Source: Candidatus Levyibacteriota bacterium
Lineage (GTDB): Bacteria > Patescibacteriota > Microgenomatia > Levybacterales > UBA12049
Length of the DNA stretch: 64,000 nt
Direction of reading: 5' to 3'
NCBI GenBank assembly: GCA_963790825.1
Contig: CAWBPM010000002.1
Coordinates: 359,159 to 423,158, forward strand
Shown here: one piece after another, positions 46,405-57,400 of the stretch
Layout: every line of letters starts with the position of its first letter
Position numbering within the stretch: position 1 is the stretch's first letter
Notes under the pieces: generated by a model
The model's database searches: none
What the model was told of the DNA's origin: nothing
What the model saw: only the letters and a program-made list of their open reading frames with translations
Position numbers and translations under genes: made by a program

Positions 46405-47925
46405 CTAAAGTTCTATTGCCTGCTGCTCTATTCTCTCCGATTCTTCCGGTTTTCTTTTATTATTCTCGGTTACAAAGAGTGCGGAGATTCCTCCAATAAT
46501 GGTAATGATCCCCGCCCAGAAGAAAACACTACCGAATGCTGAAATGTTCGCCTTCACTTCCATCAGACCCGCAACCGTCCGGAGAAGTACGGGACTGGCC
46601 GTATTCACGACCGTGTAGTGTTCGATATTGACCATTTGCGAATAGGTGCTGTTAGTAAGAATTGTGGCAAAAATAGCTATACCAAATGCCCCGGCAATAT
46701 TTCTCGCCAAAGCCAATATGGATGAGGCAATTCCAACCTCATGAATAGGCACCCTACTGGTTGCCGCTTGAGTAAGAGCTGCAAACCCTACACCAAGTCC
46801 TAAAGAGAGAAGAAATAATAATCCTGAAATATGCCAGAATCCCCATTTAACATCTAAGCCTGTCATCACGAACATAATAAAAGATGTCCAAAATAGTCCA
46901 ATTGCAGTCATGATATTCCCGGGAAATTTTCCCAGCAACCGTCCGCCAACTAATGAGGATATCATGATGCCAAACGCCATGGGAATAAAAACATAGCCTG
47001 ATTTAGTAACCGAATAGCCCAAGTATGTTTGGACGAACAAAGGAATAAGGAAAAATCCACCTATCATTCCCATCATAGAAATAAATGAGGCAATAATTGA
47101 AAAAGTAAACACTCGGTCTTTAAAGAATTTCAAATCAATAATCGGCTCTCTTTGATTACGTTCAAACCAGATAAATGCCAAAAGTGAAAGGGTAGAGACG
47201 ATATATGAAATGATACTATTGAAACTACCCCAGCCCCAACTCTGACCCTGGTCTAGGACTAATACCATCGATCCGAGCGAAACGCCCAATAAAATAGACC
47301 CTTCAAAATCAAAATATCTTAAATGTATGGTCTCGGTCACTGTTTCTTTAATATATTTGATTGCCATATATGTACCTAAGATTCCCAGAGGAATATTTAC
47401 GTAAAATACCGAGCGCCAGGAAAATGCGTCAATGAGTGGTCCTCCGATTAATGGTCCGAATACAATCGCCATTGCGAAGATCCCGGACCACATACCCATA
47501 GCTTGCGCACGCAGTTTTTTATCGTCAAACGAGTAAGCAATAACGGACAGTGCAATGGGATAGTTGATAGAAACTGTAATTGCCTGTAAAACCCGGAAAA
47601 AAACGAGTGTAGGAAAATTGAAGGACAAACCGGCTAACGCCGATGTAATTGTAAAACCGACGATGCCGAATATAAACAGCCGTTTTCTGCCAATCATGTC
47701 TGCCAACTTACCAAATACAGGCACAAAGATTGCATTCGCGATAATATAGGCAGTTGCGATCCAACTCGCTTGTGAGACGGTAATACCAAAATCAGAAATA
47801 ATTTTGGGTAACGCGAGGTTAACTATAGTCCCGTCAAGTCTCCCCAGGAAACTTGAAAGCATAACTGTGGCTAAAATCATCCAATGTTCCCTGGTAAATT
47901 TTGGACTTGGGGCTTTTTCATCCAT
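46405..47925 (-). CDS. MFS transporter, DHA2 (EmrB/QacA, 14-TMS) family
   Basis: MILATVMLSSFLGRLDGTIVNLALPKI. About 14 TM segments. 506 aa. Confidence 0.85.
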   Translation of the reverse strand: MDEKAPSPKFTREHWMILATVMLSSFLGRLDGTIVNLALPKIISDFGITVSQASWIATAYIIANAIFVPVFGKLADMIGRKRLFIFGIVGFTITSALAGLSFNFPTLVFFRVLQAITVSINYPIALSVIAYSFDDKKLRAQAMGMWSGIFAMAIVFGPLIGGPLIDAFSWRSVFYVNIPLGILGTYMAIKYIKETVTETIHLRYFDFEGSILLGVSLGSMVLVLDQGQSWGWGSFNSIISYIVSTLSLLAFIWFERNQREPIIDLKFFKDRVFTFSIIASFISMMGMIGGFFLIPLFVQTYLGYSVTKSGYVFIPMAFGIMISSLVGGRLLGKFPGNIMTAIGLFWTSFIMFVMTGLDVKWGFWHISGLLFLLSLGLGVGFAALTQAATSRVPIHEVGIASSILALARNIAGAFGIAIFATILTNSTYSQMVNIEHYTVVNTASPVLLRTVAGLMEVKANISAFGSVFFWAGIITIIGGISALFVTENNKRKPEESERIEQQAIEL

Positions 47926-47937
47926 ACAAGGTGTTAA

Positions 47938-48573
47938 TTAGTTCTGGCTGGTATAGATAACCATTTTGGCTGACATACCATTTTTTATTTGCGGGAAACT
48001 TGCCGCATCAAAATGCGCATAGACATCAAACTGTTGCGTCGGACGTTCAGTTGAAATCGAGAAGGAAAGTTGTGTTTGCTTGGCAGTCGGCGAAACTTCA
48101 TCGACATATCCCCAAAACGTTTGTCCAGGCAACGCATCAACAGTAAATGCAACCGGCTGACCGACTCTAATCTGATCTAATCCTTTATTCTCATCAATTG
48201 TTCCGTCAACCCGCATGTCAGACAGATTAATCATCTGAACGACAGGGGTAAGTGGCGAAACAGTACCGCCAATTGCCTGATCTGTTTGTATTATCAGCCC
48301 ATCGGTATATGCATGAAGCGTTTCGGACCCCACCACAGCCAGATCCTGTCCCTTACGGATAGTCTGTCCTTCACTGACGAGTACAGACTTCAATACTCCG
48401 GAAGAAGACGGCGAGATAGTCACGACAGATGCGGAAATTAGTGAATCATCAATTACTACTCGGTTTATGGTTTTAAGATAGAAAAATATACCCGCGATCA
48501 GTAAAACAGCAACGAGAGCAAATCCTAGTCTTTTTAACGTTTGTTTATTTTTCAGCTTATTGATTGCATCCAT
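47938..48573 (-). CDS. HlyD-family secretion/adaptor protein (short)
   Basis: N-terminal TM followed by a biotin-lipoyl-like / beta-barrel adaptor region. Confidence 0.55.
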   Translation of the reverse strand: MDAINKLKNKQTLKRLGFALVAVLLIAGIFFYLKTINRVVIDDSLISASVVTISPSSSGVLKSVLVSEGQTIRKGQDLAVVGSETLHAYTDGLIIQTDQAIGGTVSPLTPVVQMINLSDMRVDGTIDENKGLDQIRVGQPVAFTVDALPGQTFWGYVDEVSPTAKQTQLSFSISTERPTQQFDVYAHFDAASFPQIKNGMSAKMVIYTSQN

Positions 48574-48577
48574 AATT

Positions 48578-49687
48578 TTATAACAAGATATATTTACTGC
48601 TTATGATACTCTTGGGATTGGTAATTACCCGGTCAGTACTCTTTAGACCGCTTAATACTTCCGTCACATTTTCATTTGTATCGCCAACAACTATTTTTTT
48701 AAGAACTGCCTGATTATTACTATCCAGCACCCAGACATATTGATGGTTCAGAACTGTCCAGGAGGGGAGGAGAGCAACCGGCGTATGGTACTTATTATCG
48801 ATCAAAACCGATCCGCTTTGACTAAGTTTGCCAAGTGAACTTAAGTCATTGCTTTGAATATCCACTTGGTAGATATTTTCACCGTCCGGTAATGTTTGTT
48901 TTTCCGGATAGATTTTACTGACTGTTCCGGTAATAGTTCTTCCCTCAAGGTCGGTTAAATTAATTGTAGCTTTTGCTCCGATTGCAATAAAGTCGATATC
49001 GGACTCATCAATATTTGCCCGAAAAACTATGTTATTCGGATCGGCAACTGAAAAGGACGTGGCAGGCGTAACATTAACACCTGATGTTGTCACATCTTCA
49101 TGAGTTACAATTCCGCTAATCGGGGAAGTGAGTGTTGCTAGTTGTATTGCATAATTAGCAAGGTCCACAGTAAGCTGCGCAGAATTCTGGGTCAGAATAC
49201 TATTATCGACAAATCTTTTTACCGCATCATCAATAACTTGAGATTCCGTTATGTTATTGTAGGCATTTTTGTTGGTCGTATCCAGTGATTGTCTTTGTTG
49301 CCCATTGACAACTCCTGCCTGTTCATTTTCCTGCGTCTGATTGGCATTATTTTTCGTCAATTCGTAGGCATTCGCCGCAAGTTGTAATTGTTCCTGAAAC
49401 GCATATGTGTCAAGCTGCGCAACCACTTGCCCTTGAGTTACCCTGTCGCCTTCCTTGACCGGTAAAGCAGTTAACTTACCTCCTGTCTGGAAATGAAGTG
49501 TCGCTTCGTTTTGCGATTGAACCGCTCCATTGGCAAGAATTGTACTCTGAACCGTCCGGATAGGCACTGCGACTGCTGCCGCTTGGGCGTAAGGCTTAGA
49601 AAAAAGATTAGGCCAAATCAGAACCAAAACTGCCAGAGCATCAATCAGTACAAAACCGAGAAAAAAGAGTAATTTTTTATTCTTCAT
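48578..49687 (-). CDS. Efflux membrane-fusion protein (HlyD family)
   Basis: N-terminal TM, coiled-coil, lipoyl-like segment (KEGDRVTQGQVVAQLD) and beta-barrel. Confidence 0.7.
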   Translation of the reverse strand: MKNKKLLFFLGFVLIDALAVLVLIWPNLFSKPYAQAAAVAVPIRTVQSTILANGAVQSQNEATLHFQTGGKLTALPVKEGDRVTQGQVVAQLDTYAFQEQLQLAANAYELTKNNANQTQENEQAGVVNGQQRQSLDTTNKNAYNNITESQVIDDAVKRFVDNSILTQNSAQLTVDLANYAIQLATLTSPISGIVTHEDVTTSGVNVTPATSFSVADPNNIVFRANIDESDIDFIAIGAKATINLTDLEGRTITGTVSKIYPEKQTLPDGENIYQVDIQSNDLSSLGKLSQSGSVLIDNKYHTPVALLPSWTVLNHQYVWVLDSNNQAVLKKIVVGDTNENVTEVLSGLKSTDRVITNPKSIISSKYILL

Positions 49688-49705
49688 ATATTTATTCTAA
49701 TATCT

Positions 49706-50134
49706 TTACGCAGTATTCTCAACCACGCGGGACAAAATGCCAAGAATCTGGGTTTTTTCTTTTTCCGTTAACAGATCAAGGAATTTATTCAGCTTCTCAT
49801 TTTTCCTTTTCAATTCTTCAGTCATGAGCATTTCTCCTCTATCCGTTAAAGTTACTTTTACGACGCGTCGATCCTTAGGATCATGGATACGTTTGACAAG
49901 TTTCATTAAGACTAATTTATCTAACAATACGGTAGCTGTGGGCATCGAGATTCGGAAATTATCTGCCACATCGCTCATTTGTACGACTTTATGTTTTTTG
50001 AGTATAATCAGTGATTCAAGTTGCAAAAAAGTTAAGTGCGCGACAAGCGAATGGTTTTGCATTTGCTCTCGTATAATGCGACTGAAGTGGAATAATTTAT
50101 CTATAAGTTGCGTGTCTATTTCGCTCTGCTTCAT
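49706..50134 (-). CDS. MarR family transcriptional regulator
   Basis: Winged HTH (LTFLQLESLIILKKHKVVQMSDVADNFRISMPTATVLLDKLV). It is first in the efflux operon. Confidence 0.8.
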   Translation of the reverse strand: MKQSEIDTQLIDKLFHFSRIIREQMQNHSLVAHLTFLQLESLIILKKHKVVQMSDVADNFRISMPTATVLLDKLVLMKLVKRIHDPKDRRVVKVTLTDRGEMLMTEELKRKNEKLNKFLDLLTEKEKTQILGILSRVVENTA

Positions 50135-50244
50135 ATTAATATTGCTTACTATTAGTAGTACTAACTATTTGTGATTATAAGTTACTATTTGTCATTTGTC
50201 AAGTACTAAGGTGAGTAACTATATTATAAGTTCAAAATAGTATA

Positions 50245-50850
50245 TTAGGGGGTGAATCCTCGGGACCGGGCTGCCAGGAGTACGCCTTTGTAATTACCGC
50301 CGTATGTTTTCAATCCCATGCTCCAACCACCATGTTTAGCTAGATAATTGGCTGCTGCATAGATCGCATCTACCGCGTTATCTATGTCAGGATGACCGTC
50401 AACTTTATACGCTTGGAATGTTCCTGGCATAAATTGCATTGGTCCTCTGGCTCCCGTACCATATCCGCTGAGAATCGGACCATTACGAAGTCCTGTTTCT
50501 GTCATATGAATGCCGTATAGGATTTGCCAGGGTATACCAAACTGTGACCCGGCTTGTTTGTAAACATTATCAAAACTCGACGGGGGATATGAGGTTTGCG
50601 AAGGCAGAGTAAATTGCGTAGTAACAGGCTTTGGATTTTGCAAAGAAATAGCATCAACTTCTTTCGCTAAAGAACTATTGCTTTTTCGGGAGACTTCATT
50701 CTTAAGTACTTTCGCATTTTCAGGCATTACAACTAAGTACTGAATCAGCACAGCAGGAGAAGAATTTATTTTGGAGAAAGGCGAAGAGAAAAGTAATACT
50801 CCTGCCAAAATAGTCGGCACAATTGTTGTCGGCATAAAGCAAAAAACCAA
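50245..50850 (-). CDS. Lytic transglycosylase (SLT domain), exported
   Basis: HMTETG ... GPMQFMP are the SLT catalytic motifs. A signal peptide is present. Confidence 0.8.
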   Translation of the reverse strand: MVFCFMPTTIVPTILAGVLLFSSPFSKINSSPAVLIQYLVVMPENAKVLKNEVSRKSNSSLAKEVDAISLQNPKPVTTQFTLPSQTSYPPSSFDNVYKQAGSQFGIPWQILYGIHMTETGLRNGPILSGYGTGARGPMQFMPGTFQAYKVDGHPDIDNAVDAIYAAANYLAKHGGWSMGLKTYGGNYKGVLLAARSRGFTP

Positions 50851-50967
50851 CTATATAAATAGTTGGCTCAACATTAGGAAATAATAGCAGAATTAGATTG
50901 GTTTGTCAAGCAAAACGTGCTTTTTGTAATTACTTTATAAAATGCAGTAAAAATGGTAAGATAAATA

Positions 50968-51603
50968 TTGGAGGATATAATAATTACGGACAAATGGAAT
51001 ACCCCAGCCAGTGACGAGATACTTTCGAAAACCGCTTCATCTCTTAAAGCCAATGGAATTAATCCTGTCATCGTTAACACACGCCAAGAAGCGAAGGAGA
51101 AGGTACTTGCACTTCTGCCAATTGGAGCTGAAGTAATGAATATGACTTCCCAGACACTTACTGCTATAGGTATTGTAGATGAGATTAAAAAATCCGGCAG
51201 GTACAATTCTATTCACAATACCATTCTTTCTCTCGATAAGGAAACACAACTGCGTAAAATGAAGGAATTGCGTTCCGTTCCGAACTGGGCGATCGGAAGT
51301 GTCCATGCGGTTACGGAAGATGGACAGATCCTTATCGCATCGGGAACGGGAAGCCAAATACCGGCATATGCTTACGGAGCAAATCATGTCATTTGGGTCG
51401 TTGGCACTCAAAAAATTGTCAAAGATATAGATGAGGGAATTAAGCGAATTTATGAACACTCGTTGTCTCTTGAGTCAGAAAGAATAAATGCTCTTTATGG
51501 CGGAACTGGTGGAAGCAGCGTTAACAGAATACTGATTGTAACTAAAGAGTCGGTACCGGAAAGAACCACTATGATTCTAGTGAAAGAAATGCTTGGATTC
51601 TAA
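50968..51603 (+). CDS. LUD-domain (LutC/YkgG-like) protein
   Basis: AIGSVHAVTEDGQILIASGTGSQ resembles the LUD family. Confidence 0.45.
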   Translation: MEDIIITDKWNTPASDEILSKTASSLKANGINPVIVNTRQEAKEKVLALLPIGAEVMNMTSQTLTAIGIVDEIKKSGRYNSIHNTILSLDKETQLRKMKELRSVPNWAIGSVHAVTEDGQILIASGTGSQIPAYAYGANHVIWVVGTQKIVKDIDEGIKRIYEHSLSLESERINALYGGTGGSSVNRILIVTKESVPERTTMILVKEMLGF

Positions 51604-52012
51604 TAATGCCTATGCCTGCACCGATGAAATGCTCCTTAACGAAGTAGAACGAGTTGAGATCGAAGATGAATATCAGTGCCCCAGGTCTTTTTTCAATCGA
51701 ACACTTTTTGCCTTGGATCACCAAACTAATGTGTGCTTACCAAGAGCAAAATGACTCCGAGAACGATTTCCCATTACCTCAAGACACCAAGTTTTCTAAA
51801 GCTTATTATACGAAAAAAGTGAACTAAAGGAATGGAGAATATGAATTAATTAAATTCTTGTTTGATGAGTATGTTTCGCACTGATTTTTTCCATGATCCA
51901 CATTCGAATTAAAAGACAGTATTGAGCCCTTTTGGACAGAGTGCCGTAAATCCGGGTTTGTACGACGCAAAATTTAGCCAGATCATAGCTGGTTTAATAA
52001 CTAAATCGTACA

Positions 52013-52387
52013 TTATAACCCGTTAAACATGCCACCCCAACGGGAAATGATCCAAAATGAGATCACAGCAATTATAAGACCAGAAATAATATAAATAAGG
52101 CCACGATGTAGCATTTTTATATCTTGTCTTATCATACAAAATACAACCTTAATCAGTCCGCGCATTAATAAGTAAGTAGGGAGAATGATTAGAAAAGCTA
52201 GAACAAGATAATAAGTAAGAATAAGAATCCAGAGGTTTTGTGTACTTCCTATAATTAGAATGATAACTAAGAACAAACCAGCTACATAGTAAGACCAAAT
52301 TGGAAGATTAATATATACTTTCTTGACATATTGAGATTGAGAGGCAGTATTTTTAGGGAGTTGTGGTTTGGGAACCTGATCAACCAT
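52013..52387 (-). CDS. Hypothetical small membrane protein
   Basis: Three predicted TM helices. Confidence 0.3.
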   Translation of the reverse strand: MVDQVPKPQLPKNTASQSQYVKKVYINLPIWSYYVAGLFLVIILIIGSTQNLWILILTYYLVLAFLIILPTYLLMRGLIKVVFCMIRQDIKMLHRGLIYIISGLIIAVISFWIISRWGGMFNGL

Positions 52388-52431
52388 ACCTAAAGCATAC
52401 TACATGAAAGTTATAAATATAAGTGCGACAG

Positions 52432-53572
52432 CGTATCAAAAATGGCAGTTGCAATAGGTAGTATTACTTGACATTGCAATATAAACAAGTAAAAGATGGG
52501 GTATACGTAAAGTACTTTCAGTATGAAGAAATACAAATGCCCCACGTGTCAATCAACAAGGTCTGTTATCCGTCATACAAAACGAGGAAACTCCATTCGC
52601 TATAAATGTAAAAAGTGCGTAATATATTTTTCCATTAAGACAATTCATCTGGATTCAAAAGCAATATTGAATGATCATTTGGATGGTTTATCCTTTCGAA
52701 AACTAGCTATAAAGTATGATACCTCTTCCATGACAGCCTGGAGAGTATGTGAGGAAGCACTGCTAAAGCTGCCTGATAATAATAAGTTTAGCTTTAAGTA
52801 TTGTAATAGATTTTCCAATATCTATGTCTGCGATGGGAAGTATTTTAATATCAAAGGATTTGAATATGATTATGCACTGCTTTGGGGAATTGATTATTTC
52901 AAACATGATATCCCTGTATTTATCCTTGCACCTTCTGAAAACTATTCAGCCTGGGCAACGTATTTCTCTATCTTTAGAATTCTAAATAGATATATAGAAT
53001 TATTAGTTTGTGATGATAATACTAATCTTAAGCTGGCTGCCAGAAACAGCTTTCCGGAGGTTAAGATTCAAACCTGCTTTAACCATTTCAAAGAAAATAT
53101 CAGAGGGAACCTCAAGGTCAGATCAGATACTACCTATAAACCCTTTATGAGAAGAATTGAGGATATACTCACTGAAAAACTATCAGATGATGCTATGAAT
53201 AAAAAGTTATTTGCTCTTTACAAAGACTATCATACGGATCCTCTCTGTCTATCTATACTGACAAATATTGAGAAATACAAACCGGAACTTACAGCCTACA
53301 GGAATATACCGCGAGCACCTATTACCTCAAATATGATTGAAGGCTTAAATGGTCATCTTGAAGCCCGGCTTTTCTCGCTTCGTTCATTCCAATCCCTAAC
53401 TCATGCTAGATTATGGTTTAACGGATATATCCTGAAACGACGTTTTACTAAATACACTGATTGCAGAGGTAAATTTAGATACATGAACGGGAAAACAGGG
53501 GTAAGTATGACTAAAAAACACGACGTTGTCCTGCCAACGTTTTTTTAATTTCTAACTGCCATTTTTGATACG
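52432..53572 (+). mobile_element. Complete IS element, IS1595-like, with 19-bp perfect TIRs
   Basis: CGTATCAAAAATGGCAGTT occurs at 52432-52450, and its exact reverse complement at 53554-53572. A single transposase ORF lies between. The 8-mer ATAAGTGC recurs at 52419-52426 and 53579-53586 as a possible target duplication. Confidence 0.75.
52523..53548 (+). CDS. Transposase with N-terminal zinc ribbon (IS1595/IS1-like DDE)
   Basis: CPTCQSTRSVIRHTKRGNSIRYKCKKC is the Zn-ribbon. A DDE-like catalytic region follows. Confidence 0.6.
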   Translation: MKKYKCPTCQSTRSVIRHTKRGNSIRYKCKKCVIYFSIKTIHLDSKAILNDHLDGLSFRKLAIKYDTSSMTAWRVCEEALLKLPDNNKFSFKYCNRFSNIYVCDGKYFNIKGFEYDYALLWGIDYFKHDIPVFILAPSENYSAWATYFSIFRILNRYIELLVCDDNTNLKLAARNSFPEVKIQTCFNHFKENIRGNLKVRSDTTYKPFMRRIEDILTEKLSDDAMNKKLFALYKDYHTDPLCLSILTNIEKYKPELTAYRNIPRAPITSNMIEGLNGHLEARLFSLRSFQSLTHARLWFNGYILKRRFTKYTDCRGKFRYMNGKTGVSMTKKHDVVLPTFF

Positions 53573-53583
53573 CTTCTTATAAG

Positions 53584-53656
53584 TGCCGAGGTTCAGAGTC
53601 GAACTGAAATAGCCTGTTCTTCAGACAGGTGCCTTGACCACCTTGGCTACCTCGGC
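53584..53656 (-). tRNA. tRNA-Phe (anticodon GAA)
   Basis: Acceptor stem GCCGAGG/CCTCGGC. Anticodon stem CCTGT/ACAGG with loop CTGAAGA. T-arm TTCAG-TTCGACT-CTGAA. The D-stem has only 3 bp. Length 73 nt. Confidence 0.6.
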
Positions 53657-53756
53657 GAGATGACCTAACTTAATTAAACAACCCTTTTATATTTATCGAA
53701 AACAACAAAGTATTTATAATCCTAAGCACTTCAACACACTCAATGTCGAAGACTTG

Positions 53757-53790
53757 CCGAAGGATTGGCTACCTCGGCTAATGACAAAAT
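53757..53790. repeat. Degenerate duplicate of the tRNA-Phe 5' region
   Basis: CTTGCCGAAGGATTGGCTACCTCGGCTAATGAC versus CTTGACCACCTTGGCTACCTCGGCGAGATGAC at 53625-53664. The core TTGGCTACCTCGGC is identical. Confidence 0.55.
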
Positions 53791-53933
53791 TGAATAAGAC
53801 TAAAAGTATTATTCCGTATTATCATTATGGCTATTATAGCAAAGACAAGTCGTTTGTTACAGGCGGAATTTTGTTATTGCTTTTTAAAAACTGGGGAATA
53901 GTACTAAGCTGCTTACAATTTTTCAGAATTATC

Positions 53934-54269
53934 CTACTTGTGGATAAACTGGATGTCTTTCGCTCCACATGATGCAAAGCGTTCTTTTACCAACTCAACG
54001 TCGTTTTGATTGACTGGCACTGCCAAGAAAACATAATCTTCATTTATCTCTTCGTAATAGTCGTTTCCGCTATCTGTAACATTACCATATGCCATAAGTT
54101 TTTCCGGAACATCAGGAATTGTTACGCCCTGGAGAGGACCGGAAGAGGCGGGAGTGTCTTTCGAAATCATCGATACAACACTTGGATCGTAGCCGGCGTT
54201 TTTTAAATTATCCGATAATTCCGATGCTTTGTTTGCATCATTTACGACACCAGTCACCAATCCATCCAT
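53934..54269 (-). CDS. General-stress-protein YflT/GSP17M-like domain protein
   Basis: GLVTGVVNDANKASELSDNLKNAGYDPSVVSMISKD fits the YflT-like pattern. Confidence 0.35.
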   Translation of the reverse strand: MDGLVTGVVNDANKASELSDNLKNAGYDPSVVSMISKDTPASSGPLQGVTIPDVPEKLMAYGNVTDSGNDYYEEINEDYVFLAVPVNQNDVELVKERFASCGAKDIQFIHK

Positions 54270-54450
54270 ATAAATATCATAGAAAGTTTTTTCCTGTTTT
54301 GCAAGACATAAAATAGTAAGAGGTAGTAAGAGGTTAGATTAAGAAATCAGTAATCTTATGTTTTCTTACATTTGCTTCTTTACAAAACAATAAGTTTCGT
54401 GTAATATACAAAAGTTTTCTGCCCACATATTCCTCTGCCTATTACTTTAT

Positions 54451-57400
54451 ATGACAGAAAAATCATTGATTCATAGATTAGTAGAAGATCATTCAAGAAA
54501 TCGGGCTTTTAAAAGAATAGCAGCAGAGAAGGGAAATGCGCTGGCTATTGCAGAAATAAATAAAGATACACGTGCGTTCCATAAAAAGAGAGAAGAACGC
54601 AAAATAATTCTTCCATTAAATAACTCTCTCCCGGAAACTCCCGGTACAGAACCAATGCCTGCGTTACAAATTGTACCAACCATAACTGACAGTTCTGAAT
54701 TCATGCTAGATGTAATAAGCGATACACCTATATCATTAAAAGAGCTTTTTTTTCAGACAATATCGGAACCGGATCAATCAGGAAATACAGATCTATTATC
54801 ACCGGTAGCAGAACCAAGATTAGAAAGAGCGTTGGCATCATTCGGTTATGACAGTAATGATTTTTTGCAGCGAATAAAAATTAAACCAGAGGTACCAACT
54901 GAAACAGGACCAAGATTAGAAAGACCACTGACATCGTTCAATCCTGATGGCAAAGATTTTTTGAAGAGAGTAAAAATTGGAGCAGAACCAACAGAAACTG
55001 AAACCAAACAACCGGCAAGTACTCAAACACCAGAGTTAGTTGAGGCACCCGTAATAAAACCTATTGAAATGCCTAGAGGCCGCAGGAAAAGATTTGCCGG
55101 TCGAGTTGCCGTAGCTGCACTTACTTTAGCTGGCGTACTCGGAGCAATGCCTGGCCGTACCAGTGCAGACCAAGCATCCACGACGCCCAGAGCAATAACA
55201 TCAGATTCTTCCTTGGTTATTCCGACTCCTGATATAACTAATCCCATAACCGTCACAACTGTTTTAAGTGGTACCAGAGTAACATCTTCAATTACAGGCA
55301 CTGAGAATATTACCTCAACTAATCCTTTGACGGTAACCGACGCAGCACCTATAACCAGTACGGAAAATATCTCCCAAACTAATCCATTAACTAATACTGA
55401 TGGGATAAGCGATACAAATCCGCTGACTTTAACAGACACCAGTCCAATAAGTCCTACCGGCACTGCGATTGCAACTCCTGAACCGAGTGGTACACCAACA
55501 CCTGATGACCCATCACCAAGTACGACGAGCAGTCCTACTCCGAGCTCTACCGGCACACCGAATCCTTATATTAATCCGGATACTGTTTTTCCGCCAAGTA
55601 TTTATTCTGGCCCACGTGTAGATTACACTATTAATCAACCTGGACCACACGCAATCCTTAAGGAAAGAGTGCCCGGGGATGGATCGACAGATTACGCTTC
55701 AGACACAAAAGATGGATTAGATACAGTATCTGCTATGCTTAACCCAAAAACAAATCAACCTGATCATATGTATGTTTGCCAAGTATATACAGATTATAAT
55801 GGGAAAAATGCCATAACAACGAAATTTGTTGAAAGCAGTTTACTTACTCAGAGTCAACTTAATACCATAACATTACCGGGTAACGGAATAGATCTCGCGT
55901 ACAATGCCGATAAGCTAAACTTAATACCTACCGGTGGGATTAAAACAAACACCTATGCATTTGAAACATTGCCAGGTAATGAATGTGCGCCTAAAGCTCC
56001 GCCACCTCCTTGTAAGACTCCGACGGGAACACCAACGGCAATACCATCTGAAACAGCAACAAATACTCCGTCTGCGACTGCTTCCGAAACTTTAACAGCA
56101 ACGCCATTACCTACTGAGACACCTCAAAATACTCCGACGGGAACACCAACGGCAATACCATCTGAAACAGCAACAAATACAGTAACACCCGTACCGACAG
56201 ACACCTTGACACCGACAGCAACCGCGACTAGAACCGCAACTCCTTATTATCCGCCTCCTCCGCCATATATTCCTCCACCTCCTTATTATCCGCCTCCTCC
56301 GCCATATATTCCTCCACCGACTCTTACCTTTACACCGGTACCGACAGCTACTGCGACGTTTACATTCACGCCGACACCTTCGGCAACTGAAACGTCAACA
56401 AATACGCCAACTATAACTCCAGTTGCAACTAATTCCGAAACTCCGACAGCGACCAAAACCCCTCGCCCACGACCCAGTGCAACTCCCCATCTGGTTAAAC
56501 AAACATGTGAAACAATCGTAAACAAAGTGAAAAACATGAAAGAATTAACAAAGAAGCAAAAAACTAAACTTGAGGAACAGCTTGAAAAAAAATACCATTT
56601 AATATGTAATATAATTCCGACTCCAAGCAGAACTCCGCGACCTACGCATACTCGAACCGCAACAGCTACCCGAACTGAAACTCCAAAACCACCACATACA
56701 CCGACTCCTACTGATACACTTACGCCAACTGCAACAAAAACAGCTACCCGAACTGCAACCAGTACCAGAACTGCTACAGCAACATTTACCTTTACACCCA
56801 GACCAACAGAGACTCATACGCCGACAGCAACACCAACTGAAACTCCAAAACCACCACATACACCGACTCCTACTGATACACTTACGCCAACTGCAACAAA
56901 AACAGCTACCCGAACTGCAACCAGTACCAGAACTGCTACAGCAACATTTACCTTTACACCCAGACCAACAGAGACTCATACGCCGACAGCTACCCCAAGT
57001 GAAACACCAAAACCAACCTCTACCCGAACAGCGACTGCTACAGCCACGTTCACTGCTACCCTAACACCTACTCCTACTGATACACTTACGCCAACTGCAA
57101 CGCGAACATCAACAAGAACACCTACTTTTACTGCTACTCTCACACCGAGACCGACCCGAACTGAAACTCCGGTTCCGCCAACTCCGACGAGAACTGCGAC
57201 GATGGTTCCTCCAAAAACAGGCGCGTTTGCAGAATCAGGAATTTTGTCAGATTTACTCTGGAGTCAACCAGTCAAAAAAGATAAAAACTTTAATAAAATC
57301 TGCTACTACGACTTTTCGAAAAATAACCAGCACGTTAGATACCGAAGCGCTGAAGGATTCATAAAAGGAGTGGCAGCCACTCACATATTGACCGACCCAA

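Noticed and set aside
50874-51459. Minus-strand ORFs 50874-51206 and 51037-51459 overlapping the LUD-domain gene
   Set aside because: The plus-strand 211-aa ORF has a coherent domain-like sequence. The antisense ORFs are low-complexity and mutually overlapping.
56599-56979. Cys-rich 126-aa minus-strand ORF (MSLCWSGCKGKCCC...)
   Set aside because: It is the antisense reading of the 162-bp tandem repeat inside the 1076-aa Thr/Pro-rich gene. Its internal duplication simply mirrors that repeat. Other antisense ORFs nearby (55023-55556, 56286-56537) were rejected for the same reason.
56677-57000. Tandem direct repeats as a possible CRISPR array
   Set aside because: The repeat unit is 162 bp with no spacers. 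It lies in-frame within a long coding sequence. No cas genes are present.
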